Shown piece after piece: positions 19,390-27,687 of a DNA stretch of 64,000 nucleotides. Every line of letters starts with the position of its first letter. Within the stretch, counting starts at the first letter, position 1. The notes under the pieces were generated by a model that did no database searches, was not told where the DNA came from, and saw only the letters and a list, made by a program, of their open reading frames with translations. The stretch is from a virus, in the IMG/VR virus record IMGVR_UViG_3300025466_000014; one strand, 5' to 3'. A program made the translations under genes and the position numbers.

Positions 19390-20046
19390 TTAAAACAACA
19401 TTACTTGTGAATTGGGAGAATTTAAAGCTGCCAACTGGTCACTCGTCTTTATGCCAAATTGCAGATTATTTATTCGACCCCGAGTACCTAGGACTGGTTC
19501 AGACACGTAACCGTTTATAGTTGCCTGAGTAACTACCTGATAAACAGACTCTGCTTCTGCTGGATTCTCTCTGGCAGGTATGGAGATGGAATCTCCTAAT
19601 TGGTAGCTTATACTAAGTTGAGACAGTCCGTAGTCCACATTAAATTGCATAGCGCCGTTGCGTCTTACTAGCAACCAACGACGATTAAAACCCTCAACTG
19701 ATTCTAATCCGCCCGAATAGGCGTTGGTAATGAACGTCATCTCAACTTCAAACAGCGTAGGAATTATTCTCGCTAATTGAAACTGATTATTGTCTGTGTT
19801 TAGCGATACGGGAATACCTTGCCTAGACAACAAGTGAGAAGTGTAAGAGTTAGGATTTGGTGCTTGACTCTGTACATTCAAAAATAGATAAGGGTATTTA
19901 GGTGTAGCGTTGTTCAACAACGTCTGAAGAGCTTTTAATTTATCAGGAGATGTTACATACAGCGCCTGAGCTCTAAACTGTTGAATTACCTTTTGCAGAA
20001 AACCGTCTTTAATAAAAGAATCAACAGGTTGAATAGTTTGCTGCAT
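19390..20046 (-). CDS. probable tail completion/terminator protein
   Basis: Position upstream of the sheath; PKYPYLFL..IPTLFEVEMTFIT pattern typical of this slot. Confidence 0.5.
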   Translation of the reverse strand: MQQTIQPVDSFIKDGFLQKVIQQFRAQALYVTSPDKLKALQTLLNNATPKYPYLFLNVQSQAPNPNSYTSHLLSRQGIPVSLNTDNNQFQLARIIPTLFEVEMTFITNAYSGGLESVEGFNRRWLLVRRNGAMQFNVDYGLSQLSISYQLGDSISIPARENPAEAESVYQVVTQATINGYVSEPVLGTRGRINNLQFGIKTSDQLAALNSPNSQVMLF

Positions 20047-20060
20047 TTTTTATACCCCTG

Positions 20061-20276
20061 TTAAATGATTTTCTTGCACCATTTTTTGTATTCATAACGT
20101 AACTCCTCGTCTGAGGCGTCGTTAATTAAATAACGTTTGGCGTCTGCAAAATCGCCAACCTCACCTTCAACCTCGTAAGTCTTACGCATCTCGTCTAGAA
20201 TTTCTTCTGTGCATGTTTTGCGTTGTTCATTTGTAAGACCGGATGCCAAAAGTCGCAGTTTAGCTGCAAGTTTCAT
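20061..20276 (-). CDS. leader-bearing small putative internal head protein
   Basis: Second ATG gives MKLAAKLRLLAS; either ATG (20285 or 20276) could be the start. Confidence 0.7.
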   Translation of the reverse strand: MKLAAKLRLLASGLTNEQRKTCTEEILDEMRKTYEVEGEVGDFADAKRYLINDASDEELRYEYKKWCKKII

Positions 20277-20309
20277 TGCGTTCACCTTTGTTTTAAACCT
20301 AATAAGAGA

Positions 20310-20329
20310 AAGGGAGCCGAAGCCCCCTT
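20310..20329 (-). terminator. UUCG-tetraloop terminator
   Basis: Minus strand AAGGGGGC-UUCG-GCUCCCUU then UCUCUU. Confidence 0.8.
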
Positions 20330-20345
20330 ATTTTCGACCGTTAAG

Positions 20346-20747
20346 TTACTTGCTGGTACGAACCATACGTTTCAGAACAGAAGCCATTGCCATTGCTGGC
20401 TTGCTTTCTTCTTTCTCTTCTTCGCACTCTTCGTCGCATTCAACTTCATCCAAAGGATCGCCGTCCATTGCGTCAGCTTTAACAGCGTTAGGATCTTCTG
20501 TAGTTTCTTGAACGGCATCTTCCATGATGTTTTCGTTCTCGTAATCCAAAGAAGCATTCAGACGAGTCTTGGCAGAAATTTCCGATGCAAAGGCAGCCTT
20601 GTTAGAGGCTTCCAAAATACGGATTGCTGCTTCCAAGTCGCCTTGCTCACCAGCTTTAGCCAAAAGACGAGCAGCCAAAACAGGCTTGCCGTTTGACAGC
20701 TCATTCAATGCCAATGCAGTGTAATCCAAAGCACGATTGTATTTCAT
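20346..20747 (-). CDS. acidic head protein (internal/scaffold-like)
   Basis: Directly after the MCP; SD GGAG; internal ISAKTRLNAS; acidic C-terminal half. Confidence 0.7.
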   Translation of the reverse strand: MKYNRALDYTALALNELSNGKPVLAARLLAKAGEQGDLEAAIRILEASNKAAFASEISAKTRLNASLDYENENIMEDAVQETTEDPNAVKADAMDGDPLDEVECDEECEEEKEESKPAMAMASVLKRMVRTSK

Positions 20748-20790
20748 GTATTACTCCAAATATAGGTTTATTCAAAAGAACAAACTGGAA

Positions 20791-20821
20791 GGTCAAGTAT
20801 TACTGTTAAAATAACTTGACC
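20791..20821 (-). terminator. hairpin after the major capsid gene
   Basis: GGTCAAGT...ACTTGACC inverted repeat just downstream of the MCP stop. Confidence 0.5.
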
Positions 20822-20844
20822 GACCAGCCTGCCTAATTCAAAGA

Positions 20845-21900
20845 TTAACGAATGCCCTTAGCAAATGAACGGCTGTTAGCAACCGACACTGCCAAAGATT
20901 CGTGAATTGCAAAACCGCGACCTGGCATCTTTTCCATAGAGATGTCAGTAGGAGTAGACTGCAGACCACCACGGTCAGAGTAAGCACCATGGTTAAGAGC
21001 GTCAGCAATAACGTAGAACTCACCCTTGCCGAGAACCTTGTGCTCTGGATGACGATAAGCGTCGGAAGTAACGGTCATGCCGTACATTACGCCCAGTTCA
21101 CCAGTCAACAACAATTCATGACGAGCAACTGGATCGATAGCGTTAAAGAAATCGCTATTACCAGTAATGTCTTGCCACAAGTCAGCAGCCAACAGCAAGT
21201 TAGCAGCCTTCATGCCCCACTGAGTTACTTGCGTAACAACAGTAGACAGCAAGTAAGGAGTCAACTGGCCAGAGATAATGGTCAAAGGATTGTCCACACC
21301 AACCAAAGTTTGCAATTGGTTATAGTACAAACGATCTTCTGCAACCATCGTAGCTTCCACGCCTTCGATGAATTTCTCTTGGAGAACGTCACCAGAAGAT
21401 TGGTTCAATTCAACTTGGGGAATGAAAGGACGTGCAATAACAGTCATTTCAGTTGGGGTAAACCATTTGTCACGAGTGATTTGGCTTTCCACCTTAGTGG
21501 GGCTGGTGCTCCAAACAGCGGTAACGTTCTTGGTGCGAACTGGGAAGCGAGGAATAGAACCTTGCTGCACGTCAATCTTAGCCAGATACTTACGCATGAA
21601 ACCTTGACGATTAGCGGTCTGATAAAGAGCATCAGAAATCTTTTCGCCCAGAACGCGGTGAGCTTCTTTGTCATTGAAAGCAGCCATAACCAATTCGCGG
21701 CTGGTAGCAGCGTCAATGGTCAGCATGTTGCCAGAGGCAGCAGCTTGCAAGAACTTGGATTGCTGAGTCAGCAAATCACGTTTAGACGAAGCATTCAGTT
21801 CGCCATTAGCACCAACAGCACGCTCGTTGGAATTAGCAAACTTCAGTTCTGTGGCCAAAATTGGTGCTTTAGAAGCACGAAGACTAACTTGATTACGCAT
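20845..21900 (-). CDS. major capsid protein
   Basis: 351 aa, strong SD GGAG, strong codon bias; HK97-fold-like segments (QGFMRKYLAK, EAT(M)VAEDR, GELGVMYGMTVTSD); downstream of protease and scaffold. Confidence 0.85.
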   Translation of the reverse strand: MRNQVSLRASKAPILATELKFANSNERAVGANGELNASSKRDLLTQQSKFLQAAASGNMLTIDAATSRELVMAAFNDKEAHRVLGEKISDALYQTANRQGFMRKYLAKIDVQQGSIPRFPVRTKNVTAVWSTSPTKVESQITRDKWFTPTEMTVIARPFIPQVELNQSSGDVLQEKFIEGVEATMVAEDRLYYNQLQTLVGVDNPLTIISGQLTPYLLSTVVTQVTQWGMKAANLLLAADLWQDITGNSDFFNAIDPVARHELLLTGELGVMYGMTVTSDAYRHPEHKVLGKGEFYVIADALNHGAYSDRGGLQSTPTDISMEKMPGRGFAIHESLAVSVANSRSFAKGIR

Positions 21901-21937
21901 TTAGTATTCTCCTAGTTGAGATTAGTTAATTGATTTA

Positions 21938-22666
21938 TTAAACTGCGCTGAACTCAATACCGAGGTAAGGTACAGTAGAGGTAGGCACAGCAATAACGTA
22001 GGCGCCAACCAGGGTAGTACCAGTACCAGTTTGGTCAGTAATTTGACCAGCAGCATTAAGCTTGATGGCAGTAGCAACGTTCCAGTTCTTAGAAGCGTCG
22101 AATTCAGATGTGTAGATAGTACCACGCTTAACAACACCAATTTGGTTAACGGCTGTACCAGCGTAGCCACCAGGTTGCACGTCACCTTGAATTGCGCGAG
22201 CTTGAGAGATGGACAACAGATACTTGTAAACGATAGTGTAGCTGTTACCGACGGTAAGGCCAGTAGTACCAGCAATTGTAACGTTAGTAGCATTGAAGGT
22301 AGCAGAGATCAAAGTACCGTCAATAGTAAGGGCAGCAGGAACAGCCAAAGGATTAGCGACAGGACCGTTATTCAAAATAACCAACTGACCAGAAACGCCC
22401 GGCAGAGCAGTGTTCAGCGAGGTAGCAGTAGCAGTGTAAGTCTCAACAGCCACGCCGTACGTAGGAACAGTAGGAGCAGCAGAGAGACCAGCAACTGCGA
22501 AACCAGCAAAAAGTTCAGAAGTGCCGGAGCCAGTAGAAAGCGTCACACCTTGAGCAGTCGAAGTCGAAGAGCGAACCAACGCAGCGCCTTCAGTAACCAA
22601 GCTAAAGCCAGAAGTAACAACGGCTTCAGAGCTGTCGATAAACTTAGAAAGAGGGAAGTAGATCAT
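21938..22666 (-). CDS. head decoration/minor capsid protein
   Basis: Between scaffold and MCP; Ala/Thr/Gly-rich; high-expression codon bias. Confidence 0.6.
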   Translation of the reverse strand: MIYFPLSKFIDSSEAVVTSGFSLVTEGAALVRSSTSTAQGVTLSTGSGTSELFAGFAVAGLSAAPTVPTYGVAVETYTATATSLNTALPGVSGQLVILNNGPVANPLAVPAALTIDGTLISATFNATNVTIAGTTGLTVGNSYTIVYKYLLSISQARAIQGDVQPGGYAGTAVNQIGVVKRGTIYTSEFDASKNWNVATAIKLNAAGQITDQTGTGTTLVGAYVIAVPTSTVPYLGIEFSAV

Positions 22667-22689
22667 TTCATTTTTCCTTTAATAATGAT

Positions 22690-24117
22690 TTAAACCAGGG
22701 ATTGATTACCAGCCAAAATCGCCATAGCAGAAGACGATTTCACACCAGCAGAAAGAAGAGCACCACGATCACGACGCAATGGAGTATAAAGAGCTGCACT
22801 TACTGTAGTAGGCAAATCTTCCATGTCTTCCATTTCTTCGTCATCTACGTTAGCTTCCAAGTCGTCTTCGCCTTCATAGTCTTCGTCGCTAGTAAGGTCC
22901 AATGCAGACGCGTACTGGTTACGAACTTCTTCTGGCATTTCAGAAATCTTGTTAGCCAATGTCAAAATAGCTTTAGCGTAGCTAACACCGTGTTCGGCAA
23001 ACATAGCACGAACCAGATTAGCACCACCACGAACGCCCGCCTTAACAAGTTCGTTTTCCAAGCCAGCCTTCAGAGTGTTCTCTGCGCCCTTGAAAAACTT
23101 GCGGTTAATACCAACTGCGGCAATAGCCAAGCTTTGTTCCAAAGCCTTAGACTTACGGTCGATAGAAGCAAGAGTAGAAGCAAGTTGCTTTTCTACTTTG
23201 GAAGCAACGATCTTAGAAGCAGCTTTAGAAGCTGTCAACTTAACCTTAGACAGGATGAAACCGGATTGGATAAGACCCTTACGCAGACCTTTTGCGTCCA
23301 CGTTAGCGGCCACAACATCTTGATACTGAGGTGTCAGATAGATGTCGCCGATGCCTGCTTTGTTAGCAGAAGAACGGCCAATAGAAGCAATGATACGATT
23401 GGAACGAATAACGTGAACGGCAGAAGCAATGGTTGCAAACTGCAAATCGTGTTCGTCGTGCTCTTTAACTTCGTCAGCATCAACCACAGCCATTGTGTCG
23501 TCTTCGCCTTCAGCTTCAAATTTCTCTTCAGCAGCAGACTCAACTTCTTCTGGCTCTTCGGTTTCAAGCATTTCTTCAGCAGCGTGGTCTTCCGGAATGC
23601 CCAGTTCTTCGCCGTCTTCCAGTTCTTCGTCATCCTCCAACTCACCCTTGATTTCTTTTTGGTGGTCTTCAAGGAATTCGTCGTTTTCTTCTTCGCTCTC
23701 TTCGCCCAAGTCTTCAAAATCAGATTCAATGGAGTGAATATTGAATTCGTCTTCCATATTATCTTCATCAGCCTCGTCTTCAACATCCGCAGAAACGTTG
23801 GTGTTGATAACTGGCATCTTAACTTGTTTTTCCAGATAGCCAATAGATGGATCTGGGGTATCGGAATTAACACTACCACCGCGTGGCAACTGCTTGTCTG
23901 TCAGAAGGGCAGCCTTTGCAGATGCACGAATAGGTGCTTTAGGAATACCTTTATGATCTTCACGAGTATGAGTTGAGCCGCCTTTGTGTTCATCGGGGTC
24001 AATCAGCATTAGATCTTCTTGGTGATTCGTAGTACCAAATCCCGAATCAGTCGCCTTCATCTTTTCCGTATTAGGGAAATGAGTCGGGGCAGCCTTGACT
24101 CGTACTTTTTCAGTCAT
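22690..24117 (-). CDS. prohead scaffold/core protein
   Basis: Long Glu/Asp-rich tract, coiled-coil C-terminal half, many [ILV]xA motifs; position upstream of MCP. Confidence 0.7.
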   Translation of the reverse strand: MTEKVRVKAAPTHFPNTEKMKATDSGFGTTNHQEDLMLIDPDEHKGGSTHTREDHKGIPKAPIRASAKAALLTDKQLPRGGSVNSDTPDPSIGYLEKQVKMPVINTNVSADVEDEADEDNMEDEFNIHSIESDFEDLGEESEEENDEFLEDHQKEIKGELEDDEELEDGEELGIPEDHAAEEMLETEEPEEVESAAEEKFEAEGEDDTMAVVDADEVKEHDEHDLQFATIASAVHVIRSNRIIASIGRSSANKAGIGDIYLTPQYQDVVAANVDAKGLRKGLIQSGFILSKVKLTASKAASKIVASKVEKQLASTLASIDRKSKALEQSLAIAAVGINRKFFKGAENTLKAGLENELVKAGVRGGANLVRAMFAEHGVSYAKAILTLANKISEMPEEVRNQYASALDLTSDEDYEGEDDLEANVDDEEMEDMEDLPTTVSAALYTPLRRDRGALLSAGVKSSSAMAILAGNQSLV

Positions 24118-24258
24118 GGAAACTCCTTTGTGTTTAAAAACATGAAATGAGTTAGAGAAAGATCACCGATCAATCTTAGCCTAACTCTTTCTAACTTAAG
24201 CTTTGTGAAAAGCTTGTAATTAAATTGCATAGTGCAGAAACCTAAAACGTACAGTCGT

Positions 24259-24292
24259 AAAAAAGGGACGTGATTTTTTACAATCACGTCCC
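24259..24292 (-). terminator. rho-independent terminator
   Basis: GGGACGTGAT..ATCACGTCCC with A6 on plus (U tract on minus). Confidence 0.85.
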
Positions 24293-24318
24293 AAAGGCAA
24301 CTACCCACTCAACTCTTC

Positions 24319-24867
24319 TTATTTGAATGTAACTACTCTACCCATAAGGAAGAACTGCTTAATGCCGCAGTTTATGGGCGTTGTAGACTTTTCAGGAACA
24401 ATACCCTTTTCGGCAATGCTCTTGAGCAGATCGTCTGTTATGTATCGTGCCCGGTCAAACTCGCCTCTAAAGAACATTTGAACAGGCATGTAGGCATCAT
24501 TTGTTAGTTCCCTGATTGCGTCTGCGCGAGCACGGCCTTCGTGTGTCTTAATCTTTGCCATGCCCTTTTCGTCTACTGCAATTTCCAAGAATGGTACGGC
24601 AATAGGACGGCCATCTTCCATTAGCTTTTTTAGCTTTGCCGTGTCTTCAGTTCTGTCCGCCGGCGCCGCTAATTTTCTAAAAACAGAAGGTTTAATAAAA
24701 GTAGTGCATCCAAGGTAGGCTACGTTAGCTCCCAGTGGAGTGTTACCTGCGCCCTTGCGGTTGTCGTAGGCAATCCCTGAGAAGTTAAAAGCGTCATCTA
24801 CATTTTCAGGAGTAGCATTGTCTTCATGAGTTGCTCTAAGTCTATAGGCTGCATTTAGAATCATCAT
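24319..24867 (-). CDS. leader-bearing ParB/Srx-like protein
   Basis: SD AAAGGA before MMILNAAYRLRAT; PIAVPFL..HEGRARADAI resembles the ParB N-terminal fold. Confidence 0.6.
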   Translation of the reverse strand: MMILNAAYRLRATHEDNATPENVDDAFNFSGIAYDNRKGAGNTPLGANVAYLGCTTFIKPSVFRKLAAPADRTEDTAKLKKLMEDGRPIAVPFLEIAVDEKGMAKIKTHEGRARADAIRELTNDAYMPVQMFFRGEFDRARYITDDLLKSIAEKGIVPEKSTTPINCGIKQFFLMGRVVTFK

Positions 24868-24874
24868 GTTTCCT

Positions 24875-25675
24875 TTACTTGGTAACCACCCAAAAGTCAC
24901 ACGCTAAACTTGGATTGGTGACGTAAGCATAGGGTAACCAGAAGTAGCCTTGCTGTGCCCAATTAGGTCCCCAGGAGTTACGAACTAAAACGTACTGACT
25001 TGTATTGTTGTAGCCTACCATTAACACAGCATGACCACCGTGACACGGCTCACCTAGCTGAGGCATAGAAGCAACACCTGACATTGCAACTTGAGGGCTT
25101 TCAAAATTCTCAAAGACTTGGAAACCAAAAACAATGGGATACCCAGAAGCCAAAGTGTGTTTAATGCTTTGAATATCCTGTGGAACCGCAGCGTAAGCAG
25201 AGATTTTTCGGTTAGCGCTCTGATCGTAGGCTGGTTGCGGTGGACGGACCGCAAAAGCCTGAATTACGTAAGGCCATGTTGCCTCGTCGCAAACACCGAC
25301 ATTGGCTAGTACTTTAATACCATCGCGAAGTGCCGCACCGCCATCTTCGGTAACCGTTCCCTCAATAGCCCGTTCGTTAAAATAAAGAAATAGGCGGCTA
25401 AGTGAAGCAAAGCCGTTAATCTCCAAGTCACGGTCTTTGTTTTCTAGATATTCTAAAGCACCGCAAAGAGCATTGGCAGTGCAGCTTCCAAGTTCACCTT
25501 GGTCAAACACAGGAGAGCAATGACTGCGGAGGTCTACGATATTAGGAATTTCAGAAGGCTCTACAAGTTTAAAGGCTTTTGACTCGTGCACCAGATGATC
25601 TCGTGCATCTGGTTTCTGCTTTTGCCAAGTGTACTTTTTACCAACAACAGACGCATGTTTCATGTTTGTTTCCAT
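24875..25675 (-). CDS. papain-like C1A cysteine protease (xylellain-like)
   Basis: VDLR..PVFDQGELGSCTANA (Gln, Cys), GGHAVLMVGY (His), VRNSWG..W..QGYF (Asn). Confidence 0.93.
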   Translation of the reverse strand: METNMKHASVVGKKYTWQKQKPDARDHLVHESKAFKLVEPSEIPNIVDLRSHCSPVFDQGELGSCTANALCGALEYLENKDRDLEINGFASLSRLFLYFNERAIEGTVTEDGGAALRDGIKVLANVGVCDEATWPYVIQAFAVRPPQPAYDQSANRKISAYAAVPQDIQSIKHTLASGYPIVFGFQVFENFESPQVAMSGVASMPQLGEPCHGGHAVLMVGYNNTSQYVLVRNSWGPNWAQQGYFWLPYAYVTNPSLACDFWVVTK

Positions 25676-26070
25676 TAAATAATTTTTCTAATAACAGAGT
25701 GCGACCAATGTTCCGGTTTACCGGCAAGCCCAGCCCTACTAGGATGCGGATCAAAAAAGACGTTACCGTTTAATCCTACCACCGCGTGTTTTACTCTTTT
25801 GTTTCTTGGAGACTCACCGCTTATCTGATGGTACAAGTCTTCGCCCGGAATAATGTATTCTTCTATCTTTACACCCGGTAGAAAATCATAGCCATGGTAG
25901 GCAACAAAATCATAAACTAACTCCCAGAAGTTTATAGCATCGGAAGCTATCGCGGCAAAATGCGGTACTTGACTAATAGGTAAATCTAAAAGAGATGCTA
26001 TGACTGCTCGTTGACAATCGCCTTTTTGCCTTCCTAAACCGTGCTCAAATTCTTGATTTTGAGGAGTCAT
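25675..26070 (-). CDS. small papain-fold/C39-like hypothetical protein
   Basis: QKGDCQRAVIASLL .. HAVVG .. FFDP gives a Cys-His-Asp order. Confidence 0.5.
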   Translation of the reverse strand: MTPQNQEFEHGLGRQKGDCQRAVIASLLDLPISQVPHFAAIASDAINFWELVYDFVAYHGYDFLPGVKIEEYIIPGEDLYHQISGESPRNKRVKHAVVGLNGNVFFDPHPSRAGLAGKPEHWSHSVIRKII

Positions 26071-26089
26071 AGTTTTGACCTATATTTGC

Positions 26090-26839
26090 CTACCAGTTAA
26101 AGTGTGTGTCGGACAAACAGACTACCCAGGCAGGATCAGCAACAAGGCTCATTTCAATTGGAGACAAGCCGTGTGCGTTTAGATACGCAAGCTTTTCTTC
26201 TCCGCCTTCGTTAATTAGCCGCCAATTTACATCCTTAATTGTCGTAATGTGGCCGCAGTTTTTAAACTGATTATCTGTAGCCTCTTTACCGCACACAGAG
26301 CATGTAAAGTAGTCTGCTTCTGTTCCCATAGAGCCGGTGTTAAGTTCGCCAGTAAGAACTCTATTGGCTACTTCAGGATTTTTGGTCTTGTCGATACCAA
26401 CAAGACCCATTACCTTCCAGTGTCGATCTTCGCCAAAACCTTTAATAGGAGTAAGCATTGTATCAAATACTACGCCCAGAGCTTTTGTACAATCTCGGTT
26501 ATCGTGTTCCAAATGCACCGGACAGCCCGCCCAGGCTTTGTACACCTGACGATTTACCGGTGGTGGCTGGAACTTAATAAGCTCTTGCAAAGGAAAGGCA
26601 ATGCCGTTTCGGTTGGGCATATCCGAAGGACAGATAGGCAAAATCTTTAGAATATAGTCTTCAATGCGCGGACTAATGTGGTAAGTTTTTGCTGCAAAAG
26701 GAAGCCATGAGAAATCTACCGCGGCAATAGGATCGGCTGCGTTCATAGCTTCTTCCTTTTTAATAGGCATTTCCGGGTAGCTTATGTCTGCAACAATTGG
26801 TTTTTTGTTTTCATAGTAAGCTTTTGGAAACTTTTGCAT
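26090..26839 (-). CDS. prohead maturation protease
   Basis: Start MQKFPK (TAATG overlap); PNRNG, VHLEHDN, GELNTGSMG, CxxC..C insert, IEMSLVADPA as in HK97/assemblin-fold proteases. Confidence 0.8.
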   Translation of the reverse strand: MQKFPKAYYENKKPIVADISYPEMPIKKEEAMNAADPIAAVDFSWLPFAAKTYHISPRIEDYILKILPICPSDMPNRNGIAFPLQELIKFQPPPVNRQVYKAWAGCPVHLEHDNRDCTKALGVVFDTMLTPIKGFGEDRHWKVMGLVGIDKTKNPEVANRVLTGELNTGSMGTEADYFTCSVCGKEATDNQFKNCGHITTIKDVNWRLINEGGEEKLAYLNAHGLSPIEMSLVADPAWVVCLSDTHFNW

Positions 26840-27225
26840 TATGCCGCTCCAATAAATAAAGTAGCTGCTCCTGTAAACGTTATTAGCAGAGCAGTCGTTG
26901 GATATGAGATGTTTGTTAGTACACCGGTAGAAACAGTAACTGCGGTTTGCCAATGACTAGTTGAGTCATTGTTTGGATCTAGGGCGAACTCAATAGGCAC
27001 TAGCGTCGTTTGTACGTTTACAGGACCAGTGCCCAATTTTTGTACCGAGATAGTGTTAACTCTTACCTTACCGGTTACCAAAGCGTCAATAGGTATGCGA
27101 GCAACATCGCCAGCGCCTCCTTGTACGGTAACGTAACCAAAGGGGACTTTTCGAGTTACGTACCCACCACTTCGGTTATTTCCGTTAATGCCCGAAATGG
27201 CATTGTTTCTAATTATGGCAGCCAT
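26839..27225 (-). CDS. putative structural protein
   Basis: Beta-rich, Thr/Gly/Val-rich; coupled to the protease gene. Confidence 0.65.
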   Translation of the reverse strand: MAAIIRNNAISGINGNNRSGGYVTRKVPFGYVTVQGGAGDVARIPIDALVTGKVRVNTISVQKLGTGPVNVQTTLVPIEFALDPNNDSTSHWQTAVTVSTGVLTNISYPTTALLITFTGAATLFIGAA

Positions 27226-27228
27226 TTA

Positions 27229-27609
27229 TTATGCTCCGGTAGCGGGAGTAGCAGGAGTCGTAGAGTCTGGTGCAGAGATAACAACGGTCTTAATGGTGTC
27301 AGCGGTTGGTAATACAGGTGTGTCGTCAACTTGAACGCCTGCTACCGGAGCTAAAGGGGCTGCCGGTGCAGCCGGAGCTTGCGGTGGTGTGGCTGGCACT
27401 TGAGGGGCAACAGGGGTTTTATCTGCAGGAGCTACGATAAGATCTTTTACAAATTCCTCAAAGCGATGAAATTCGCCACGAATGTCGATACCACGAAAGA
27501 AACAAAAACTGCGAGCATTAACGTCGTCCTCAGGGGTCCACTCGTTATCCGGAGATGTTTTAATTCCGGCGGAGTTCATTGCTTGTTTGATTTTAGTGTA
27601 GTCAGTCAT
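27229..27609 (-). CDS. hypothetical protein with Pro/Ala-rich tail
   Basis: SD AAGGA; PVAPQVPATPPQAPAAPAAP. Confidence 0.7.
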   Translation of the reverse strand: MTDYTKIKQAMNSAGIKTSPDNEWTPEDDVNARSFCFFRGIDIRGEFHRFEEFVKDLIVAPADKTPVAPQVPATPPQAPAAPAAPLAPVAGVQVDDTPVLPTADTIKTVVISAPDSTTPATPATGA

Positions 27610-27643
27610 TTCATTTCCTTCGATTGTTTATTTGCCTAAAAGA

Positions 27644-27671
27644 TTGATAGGGAGTTTATTCTCCCTATCAA
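27644..27671 (-). terminator. hairpin after the SNF2 gene
   Basis: TTGATAGGGAG-tttatt-CTCCCTATCAA. Confidence 0.7.
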
Positions 27672-27687
27672 ATTAACCCACGAGTTT

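Noticed and set aside
21922-22293. Alternative-frame minus ORF (123 aa, Leu-rich) overlapping 21938..22666
   Set aside because: Off-frame read of GCT/ACT/GTT-rich codons; no RBS
20902-23976. Long plus-strand ORFs (337, 220, 424 aa) opposite MCP, decoration and scaffold genes
   Set aside because: Antisense shadows of strongly codon-biased genes; no SD, no motifs
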